The position numbers were made by a program, and so were the translations under genes. From NCBI RefSeq assembly GCF_003918875.1, contig NW_025765103.1, forward strand, positions 868,001-932,000: a stretch of DNA of 64,000 bases, read 5' to 3'. This document shows, piece after piece, positions 40,598-50,611 of this stretch (its first letter is position 1; each line of letters starts with the position of its first letter). The stretch is from Haliotis rubra. Taxonomy: Eukaryota. A model generated the notes under the pieces. That model was not told where the DNA came from and made no database searches. It worked only from the letters and a program-made list of their open reading frames with translations.

Positions 40598-41220
40598 TCA
40601 GGGTGGACTATGACACAAGGAAGAAAAAGAATAACCAATAAAACTGCACTGTTAAACCTCTTTAATATCAGTCACCTTCCTAATCAGCATACAAACCACA
40701 TATACACCGATCAGATTTCTCAACAATTGCATTCAAAATCAAGATAGAAAGAAATCTTCTTTTCGATACAAATACCATTAAAACCCTATTAACAGTATCA
40801 ACATAGAAATACAGGTTTCAGTTTCTCATCTGAAATCAATCATGTTTCCATGTCAGTGAACACTGTAAGCTACATGCATCACAATGGCCCGTTTTTCAGC
40901 GGAACTCAACACCGGTAGATAACAGGCATGTATCGACTGCCTCCAGCACATAGCTGAAGCCAGTAAACAGATAAATGGTGTGATACCACAGTGTGAAATT
41001 TCAATCCTGATTCCACAAATAATCGTGAAATCTGTGGACAATAACAACAGCGAACCAGCTTCTTGATTCTGCTGCACCTGCTTGGTGATTTATACAGTTG
41101 CTGTAAAACTGCTGAAAACTGGTTGGGAAACAATGGGTTTACTGGGTCCGGAAACACACTTACCACTAGGCTAACCTACCATCACCTGATGAAGGAGTAA
41201 GGACAGGCTTAATGCCAAAA

Positions 41221-41261
41221 GTGAGTGAGTGAGTGAGTGAGTGGGGAGTGAGTGAGTGAGT
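41221..41261. repeat. (GAGT)n microsatellite
   Basis: Direct observation; a shorter tract lies at about 42049-42068. Confidence 0.9.
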
Positions 41262-44200
41262 TTCAAAGCTATGAAATTCCTTTTACGGACTAAGTTGTCA
41301 TGTCACATGATACAAACACATGTTTATTTGAGAACTGGAAAGAGTGGGAAAAGAGTGAGTTCGTGAGGGACTGCGAGTAAGTAAGTGAGTGAATATCAGA
41401 TTGATGAGAAAGCACATGTGTGAAAATATGCAAGGGCTAAATCCCAGCCAGAACTCAGTCAATTCCCCAGTCCTCCAAGTTTACCGATGCATGAAATCTT
41501 ATTAAATGTAACAAATGATCTTATAATAAGACCTTTGCAAAGTTGACCGTCTCCATCCTTTGTGCGTTTTGAACTCTCTGTCCAGCCTGTCATTGTTATC
41601 TGATCAACTTAACAATCAAAAAGCTTGTTAACATTCTCCTAAAAGAAACATGACAAACGAGAAATGGATCAAGTACGGTAACTTTTGGTAACAGATCTTG
41701 TGACCATCAAACACACTCCCATTTAATTACATTGGTAATTTGATTCCGTATTCCACCTGATGCACACATCCCTTGGTGTTACTTTTAGACCTACCCATAT
41801 ATCAGGGGTAATATGATGCAGGCAGTGTGGAAGTCCTGTAGGAGATGACCACTGTAATAAATGGGTAGGGCCACCTACCTGTCCGCCTTTGAGAGATCAG
41901 GACTAAGATAATTCTACCGGAAGATTTGGAACATGATCGGGGTTTGGTATTATGGGTCACAGTGACATAGATTTCACAGCATCAACGTGTGAGTTATTTG
42001 ACCATAAACAGGTTGGAAGGCTGGGTCCATGACTGAATGACTGGAACTGAGTGAGTGAGTGAGTGAGTCTAATGGTGCTGTATTTCTATAGAGATAACAG
42101 ATAACATATTTATTGCACAAACGTTCCATACAGAAACAGTGACAATATTCTATAAACTACATAAAGAAGATATATAATGAATCATATATATATGATGAGT
42201 AACAAAACATATAATAATACAAATGTGTATAATAATAATAATAATAATGGCCTAGGACAATCAGGTCTTCTATAAGATATATATATGGCCTCTGTTCTCC
42301 TATGTCACAATGTGTGAACTTGGTGATGGAGGAAAGCCTGAAGGGAGGCTGATGTTTGGAATTCCCACATGAGCCTGGGTCTGGTGCCGACAAACCGATG
42401 AAATGTTACCAGAGTGAATCTGGGATTTGAACCCATGATCATAAATGACTGGAATGCCTGAGGTGATAAAGCTCAGCCCACCAAGTTGTGGCACCTAACT
42501 GGGATACAGTTGCCCCCTAAAACAAGTAACACCAAATATGGGCTCCACATATTTCAATCCATGTGGAGAATCCCACATGAATCTTTGGCATGATGGTTTA
42601 CACTTATGACATTTCAACAAGATTATGCATGGATTCAGCCAACATACAACTCAAGCATGAGAGCTCTATAGTAAGTTAACGACCTTGCCCGAGGACGACG
42701 GATGCTTCCTGACTCTCAACAACCTTAACAAAATAAAACATACTGATTTCAGTATTATTTTTCTTCCTGTCACATAAAAACAAATTAAATGTTGCAATAA
42801 ACTTAACACGACATACTTTAAACCTCAATACCAAGAAATTCTCCACCTGTAAAACTTAATACATGTATTAATACTTTTAATCCTTCCCCCTCCACCCCAC
42901 CCATAAGCTCCTTGTCTTTACAATCTGCCGCCATGCACGCAGAAAGAAGAGCTGTTGAACTTTGGTCGGAACAAGGCTTCTTCGTATCAGGGTGCAAAAA
43001 CCACACACTCTATCAAATATCGCGGGACGGATTAGGATAACAAAGATTAGTTCTCTTCCTCCACTTAGAATAAGGGTATTTGATATCAGTATTTGTGTAG
43101 GCTGCTACCTACCATGGATTAGAAATGTGGAGAACAGGTTTATATCGGCATCGAGTATCCGACTTCCTGCAGTACAAGAGCCAGAAATTAACAACACGAT
43201 TGACGTACCATGTGTTATGTACGCTCGTCAATAGCTGTCAAACTGGCACCATAAGATATAGACGATTACTTGTTTCCCCTCCTGAGTTTGTTTTATTGAT
43301 ATAACCAGTATCAGTTGTAACATCAGTTGACTGTTTCCTCATTGTGGACAGGTATTTGTGGAACAGGTGACCGATTTTGTAAAAGAGTCTTTTTCGTGGA
43401 CACTGCCAGATTTTATCATGACTATCTGTCATCGCTGGCCCCGTACATGAAACTATACATGCAAGTCATAAACTTGGAGGGAAGACTGGGGGATTCAATG
43501 ACAAACTCTACCTACAGACGAAAATGACTCATATTCAGCTAACATAGGGGGGATGAACACACACATTTATAAAGTAATTCAGGGTCACATGGTTTTTATT
43601 TTGCATAGAGGAGTTGAGGACAGGGGAATTTATCAACTTAGTATTTCATACTGACTGCATGAATAGCCTCCCTCTGTTCATGACTTTACTGAAGGAGTTC
43701 TCTGTCATCTGTCATCTGTCATTTTATTTGAAAAGGGGTTTTCTGGAGAAGTGGGACACTAAACAAACAGTTAAAAATCATTTACATTTAAGGAAATCAC
43801 TCCCTAAATGATTTAGTTTATTTTGTATAGTGTACAAGTTTTGCATGATTAAAATCAGTGGGAGGCTAGGACGGGTTGTTGCACATTCATTGTCAAACAT
43901 GTGGGTGAATCCATCTCACTGCTTGACAATTATTCATGTCCCATGACATAGAACTGACAAAGGGATAAGTTTCAAGATCACCTGTATAATAAACAAATTA
44001 TAACAGAAATAAAAGCTGGGTGTATCCCTTCCAGCATACCCCGGTCTCCCCATAACCACACCCCAATTGATGTCTTCACACATGTACTCCTTCCTCACAT
44101 ACGCATGCACGCACACACATTCACACACAATAACCTCACTCCAATCAAGTCATGCCCTCCTCAGCCCTCCTGTCTCATGCCCCCACCTCCACACCCACCC

Positions 44201-45146
44201 CAAACTCCTTCCACCCCCACCCCACCCCACCTCCACACCCACCCCAATCTCCTTCCACCCCACCCCCACCTCCTGCCACCATCCACTTCTAAAATTATTC
44301 CACACATATCACCCATTAACTTCCTTCCCTGTTAGCACAGTGATTAACATAATTGAATCAGAATTCATATAAACACAAACACATGCATGAAGTAATTTAA
44401 AAACATTTCAAGATGCATTGGACTTCATGGTCAATGACAATTACGAATAACAGGAAGATATATTCCATCACAATGCAACTCTAGAGCAATATATATCTTG
44501 TATTGCTTTTATAAATAGTACAAATTGCATCCTAAATGATTTTCCTTTTTGATGTATATACAAAAAACACCCTACTTTATCTTGCTCTTGAGCAATAAAA
44601 TCTAATTCCGTTCTTAATGGGGCAACCACAACACTGTATTACACCATCAAACAACCCCAGCATTTTGCAGGTACAATGTTGTTAAACTGTGCACACTGAC
44701 AGTCAGCGGAGTGAGAATATGGGAACAATGTTTGTGTGAGACTCAGATCAGCGATACCGCCAGTAGTAAGTCTACATACATTATCATGATAATAGGCGGT
44801 TTTCAGCCTGAAGATTGTGGTATGATGTAGCCATTATTAAAAACTTTGTGTTGTAATGAATACTTTTGAAACTTGGGCTCATTGTTACATTATGGTAATA
44901 AGTAAACAATCTTATCACAAAAACATCTAAACCACTCTGTAAGTATGTATTTTAATGATATGTTTGGGGTTTCATCGGTGGGTGACAACCGCTGCAAGCT
45001 ACATCCAGGGTGTGGTTGTCAGTTTCTAAACAGTCCATGCAGTGGTGAACACGTTAAACAGACTTTACATCTTGTCTTTACCAACGTGAAGTTACAAGCA
45101 TTGATTGAACATACTGGGTATACTATATCTGATTCCTCAAGCTAAG

Positions 45147-45396
45147 GGAGACATGTGAAGGTCTGGGTTAGAATTCTTCTTCAGTAACCCATGCCTGTCG
45201 TAAAAGGCGACCAACGGGATCGGGTGGTCAGACTCGCTGACTTGGTTGACACATGTCATCGATTCCCAGTTGCGCAGATCGATGCTCATGCTGTTGATCA
45301 CTTGATTGTCTGGTCCAGACTCGATTATTTACAGACTGCCACCATGTAGCTTAAATATTGCTGAGTGCGGTTTTAATGAAACTCACTCACTCACTC
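45147..45396 (+). mobile_element. SINE family B, full length with TSD
   Basis: Same body as 47755-48006 with an (ACTC)4 tail. TSD CTCAAGCTA at 45136-45144 and 45394-45402. Confidence 0.93.
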
Positions 45397-45422
45397 AAGC
45401 TATGAGATGCATCTCATTAATG

Positions 45423-45588
45423 ACTGACTGACTGAGTTAGGTTTTACGCCGCTTTTAGCAATATTCCAGCAACATCATGGCGGGGAACACCAGAAATTGG
45501 TTTCACACATTGTACCCTTGTGGGGATTTGAACCTGGGTCTTTGGCGTGACGAGCCAACGATTTAACCACTGGGCTACCCCACCGCCC
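45423..45588 (-). mobile_element. SINE family A, full length with TSD
   Basis: Perfect 13-bp TSD CATCTCATTAATG at 45410-45422 and 45589-45601; (CAGT)n tail. Confidence 0.95.
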
Positions 45589-46280
45589 CATCTCATTAAT
45601 GTAGTTTAAGAATGTCATGATAAAACAGGTACATCATAACATCAGTTGTGAGGGAAACCTTGTGGTTAATCCAACGACGTACTTGTCAGGGGTCAATTTG
45701 TAAAATGGTTTCGCTATAGATTTATTTCCAGAAAATATACACCAACATAAAGCATATTGTTTGGGGTTGATTCCAAAACTAGTTAATTATGTTTGTGGGA
45801 AATCATAGCTATGACTATTATGTTTTTTAATTGGGACCCATGTATCCTACAAGGCTTTCCTGTTCTTGTGCATTCATCCTCGGATGGGAACATCAGTGTT
45901 GAATATCAGCTATTACAGGCCCGATTCTTCCGTCTCAAATATTTCACATAATCCCAGCACGAGCCAGTGAGATACTTTCAAGCTGATTTAATGCCTCAGT
46001 ATGAGAGACAGAAGTGTGCTTCCCACATCTGAAGTTTTTTGGGAATGGAACCTGTGCCTTGAGCTGGCACTGTCACCACTGGACTACCTAGCTCCATTCT
46101 AACACTCCTCCATCAGGGCCATATATCTCTGGCCTTAATGAACGTGAGGACATTTCATACTCAAACATGCTTGCTCTAGAGAAACTGACCCTGTCAGGAA
46201 TCAACCCTGCATTAAGTCTAGCAAACACCCTTGCATCTGAGCCATACAACTCAGACATTAATCAGTGTAAATATACAATA

Positions 46281-46637
46281 CATAGAAGATACTTAACGAC
46301 CTTCCGTGTAATTACCAGTTTTAGTTAACGAGTTAATGATTTGGTATCAAACGAGTAAAAGCAAGTTGATACTAAACCTTTCGCGAGGTTTAATAAAAAT
46401 GATATTTCACGGAAGTGAGTTTAGTATTCTGTTTATTACTTTCGAACATAAATTGATAGAAACTGCCTACAGTGTGATGACTCTCAGCTTTCTGCAAGTC
46501 AAGCAAGGTCTAATACCATTGTGACAGAGATATTAGCATTGTGACATCATAACTAAAACATCATGACGTCATACGTCTAGCGGTATTACACTTATGTAAT
46601 ATTGCCGTAAACATATTACACTGCAGTATCTTCCATG
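46281..46637. mobile_element. MITE-like non-autonomous element with an internal hairpin of about 150 bp (Crypton-like architecture)
   Basis: Terminal inverted match CATAGAAGATACT (46281-46293) with AGTATCTTCCATG (46625-46637), 12/13. Internal arms CTTCCGTG/CACGGAAG and GTATCAA/TTGATAC. The Crypton resemblance is from recall. Confidence 0.6.
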
Positions 46638-47493
46638 CATGGATGAGAAATTAAGTCATATATCCTTTCCAATAAGCTACCATGTATGGAATCAACCCTG
46701 AAAACATAGCAAACACTCTTCCATCTGAGTCATACCATCCATACATAATCAAAATATTACATAATCACATTTTCACCACTACTATACCACTTCCAAAATC
46801 AACCCAGGATCCCAAGTAAACCTCTACTCTGTAAACAATCTCACTATCCCTTACTCAATATAATAAAGAAACTATCCTGACATTTATCTGTTTCAAACAT
46901 TTCACATTGACAGCGGTCAGTGTTATTTACAAACACACTGAAACCTGCCAATCCAAATATTTCCCTGAATGACATCTACTTGTGGCTGAACATCCTTCAT
47001 GCACTTTCAACTCATCACAAACCAAGCACAAACATATTTCAGTTGGATGGTGAATCAGAGATTTATCAATCAGTGGAGGTAAGTTATCTCAAAGCTTGAA
47101 CTAATGTACCTATCAACTCAGAACTTGCACTTAACAAAGCAGGTTTTAATAACAACCAATAAAAGGTGTGTGGGGGATAGTATTTCATTGTTTTCAGTTC
47201 TCAGTTATAATCTTGTCAGGTCATTGAATGCTCGATAGTTGCCCTGTTTAATATGTCGTACATTCTGACAGAAGAATCACTCAGAAGGCTAGATAATAAA
47301 TGACATGAAATTTGTCAGTCAAATTGAAAGATATGGATGAAGCCTATATTTTTATTAAACTGATCAGATCAAGATAAACTTCACATACACCATGACCGAC
47401 AAAAGGTTTTTATATATTTTATGTACATGCATGATTTTGAAACAAATATGAAAATGTGTACGAATACATGTTCAAGTACACAACTCAGCAAAT

Positions 47494-47663
47494 ACTGACT
47501 GACTGAGTTTTGGTTTTATGCTGCTTTTAGCAATATTCCAGCAACATCACGGGGAGGGGACACCAGAAATTGGCTTCAAACATTGTACCCATGTGGGGAT
47601 TCGAACCCTGGTCTTCGGCATGATGAGCCAACACTTTAACTACTAGGCTACCTGACCGCCCCC
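47494..47663 (-). mobile_element. SINE family A, full length
   Basis: B box (reverse of GGATTCGAACC), family body and (CAGT)n tail. Confidence 0.92.
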
Positions 47664-47754
47664 TCGTAAACACACATTAATGTGTGTGTGAGTAGTGTGA
47701 CACCACAGAAGGCAATAGTCTAGTTTATAAAGCAAGTGGTTGACAATGTTGTAA

Positions 47755-48006
47755 AGTGAGTGAGTGAGTTTAGTTTTACGCCGCACTCAGCAATATTCCA
47801 GCTATATGGCGGTGGTCTGTAAATAATCGAGTCTGGACCAGACAATCCAGTGATCAACAGCATGAGCATCGATCTGCGCAACTTTGGGAACCGATGACAT
47901 GTGTCAACCAAGTCAGCGAGCCTGACCATCCGATCATGTTAGTCGCCTCTTACAACAAGCATGGGTTACTGAAGATCAATATTGTAACCCGGACCTTCAC
48001 GGGTCT
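47755..48006 (-). mobile_element. SINE family B, full length with TSD
   Basis: Near-consensus copy. TSD ACAATGT(T/A)GTAA at 47743-47754 and 48007-48018. Confidence 0.95.
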
Positions 48007-48251
48007 ACAATGTAGTAATGAGGCATGTTAGAAGCTGTTTAATGAAGACACAGTTTACTTGAGGATTCCAACTTTTCTGCCTTCAGTGCAACAGTTCTAT
48101 TTCTGCGAATTATTTCAGGAAAAGCTCATGTTGCTAGCATACACCGAGCGTAGGGTTGTAATGATACACTTGCTGGATACATGATACATATCTAGATGGT
48201 AATTAACATCGCAATACGATACACCATAGAATACACAAGGGCTTCACACTT

Positions 48252-48474
48252 ACCCGTGAAGATCCAGGTTAGAATTGTCTCTAGCAACTGAGGCAACTAA
48301 TGGGAACAGGATCGGGTGGTCACAAAACTGCCTTGGTTGACACATGTCATCGTATCATTGTAACCCAATTGCGTATATTGATGCCCATGCTGTTGATCAC
48401 TGGATCCAGACTTGATTATTTACAGACCTCCGCCATATAGCTGGAATATTGTGACGTGAGGCGTTAAAAAACAA
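48252..48474 (+). mobile_element. SINE family B, older copy with TSD
   Basis: Starts ACCCGTGAAGATCCAGGTTAGAAT. TSD GCTTCACACTT at 48241-48251 and 48475-48485. Confidence 0.9.
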
Positions 48475-50611
48475 GCTTCACACTTGATTCATTAAACATG
48501 ACACTTGATAAGAGAACAGTCCCATCATCAAGGGAAATGGGGCCATCAAAGACATACACGAGTAAGTAGATTTAAGTTATTAATAAAAGCTCTTGTTCAT
48601 AAACACAGAAAATATCATTTCAAATGTACAATACGTAGCATCACACATTATGTTTATCACACATACTCTACAACCTCTCATAAAACTGAATCTTAATCAA
48701 GTCTTCTCTTTAACATTTAAATATCAAGCCATTGTTTGAACATATCACAGATAAATGTTGTAAATGTTAAAAATTAACAAGACAAATTGCAGTATTTAAT
48801 TACAATTTTCAATCTGTTATGTGGCGCTTGTTTTGTTATCTCACAGATTCAAGGCTTTTATGGTACTTAACCAACTTAACAAGCATTAAAAAAATGGCAA
48901 CCTAAATATTTTTTCAGCCTCTTGCGTCATGAAAGCTCGCAGTGTGGAAATGACAAGCAACAAATCAGCTAATTGCACATATAAACCCCCACAACCAATC
49001 TCAGGCCATTTATATCAGGTCAGTCAAATGTTTAATATCATCTGTGTCATGTGTCTGTTTTCATAAATTACAATGGAAATAAATATTATGTTTACATTGC
49101 CTCCTTAAAGATTATAATCCTAAATCTTGTAAAGGCTGATTGAACAACTTGTTACGAGGCTATAAACAGTGGTCCCAGGTCAACATCTTAACCCCAACCG
49201 ACATCATCCCTTGATTATGAACGTTAAATGCTAATAGTTTATATTTGGCAATCTGGATTGCAACTAATGGGTACACATATAAACTGATAATAAATTCTGT
49301 ACTCAATAAATATCAGATCCTCAATAAATATCAGATCAATTTAAAATACTATATGGTCTGTAAATTTATTACATGGGTAAACATTGGATAACAGTTAACT
49401 TGTTGGTATGAACATTTTTTTCTATCATCTTAAGTTGTATATTACAGATTAGTTTTGACACTGGTAACAGTGACATCACTTTGGGTCGTCCACACTCCCC
49501 CAGCTGACTGTGGTCCAACAAAAAATACTGTTCAGAGTTGGGCTCAAAGCTACGTTAATCTATATTCAAGTTATTTCTTTCAAATGTTTACCAAATAATA
49601 TATCAAACTTTCCGGACAATAACAGATGTCTGGTCATGATAGCCCTCTTGTAATCATGGAGCCTTGTAAGTCAGGAATTATTCAAATGTGCACATCATGA
49701 AGTATACAAGGGAAACAACCCCTAAAGAAATATAATTAGTATCTATCATACTGCTCATTGTAACATTCTTTCCTTAAAAAATCCAGTCCAGTCATATACA
49801 AGTTCACATGCTAAGGCTTATTATGTTAAGTTTACATGATTAGACAGATCAATTACATATTAAGCTTAAATACAAACATGGTGGAAAGAGGATAATTAAA
49901 GCAAAGCCCTTAGATTGTTATGGAGGCTATACAAGTCCATGAAGCCTCCTTTTATTGTAAGAGGGATATAAACCAATGATATTGTTGCAGCAGGTCCTAA
50001 TCCCAAGGCAATCTTATATCAGTAACCACAAGCATTGATTAAATCATAAACCCATGTGGTATGAAATTGACGAGCAATTGACAACATCAATAGCAGTCAA
50101 TGATGGGTAATTGTTTGTTAAGCCATCAATGCCTTCAAATGTAGGTCACTCTGCCAAAACAAACATGACTATTCAATTGTCCCCTGTGCTAATCATGGTT
50201 ATGATTGAAGCATCTCAGAAGGGATCATGTATTGATAATTGTTGATAACATGTATTAATACACTTAAATGGCCATGATACAGACAAATGGCTTGTTTGGT
50301 TTAACCTGTGTTGAACAGACCAATGCAGAAGCCATTGCAGTCACTGGATAACTATGCTATTTATGCAAACAGCATAGCATATTTTGCTAAGTTCAGTAAA
50401 GTGAGACAAAATGATTGGCTATGTTAAATAACACATATCTTTCACTAACATCTCTTTATATAAAAGTTATGTTTTCAGTTAATTAACCTTGACTTACCCT
50501 TAACAGTTACTTAAAAGGTTTACATCTTACATACTCCACCTGCCACACACAATATGTGAACCAAGTTATGAAAACTGTTTGACTTGAGTGCTACAGGTTA
50601 ATAATGAAACA

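Noticed and set aside
41158-41185. Strong - strand splice donor GGTAAGT
   Set aside because: The context GGTAGGTTAGCCTAGTGGTAAG looks like a SINE A-box remnant, and no upstream exon is supportable.
43327-43527. FVDTARFYHDYLSSLA as a Polinton/Maverick PolB-like motif or an exon
   Set aside because: Single weak motif with no other PolB motifs or convincing splice partners nearby.
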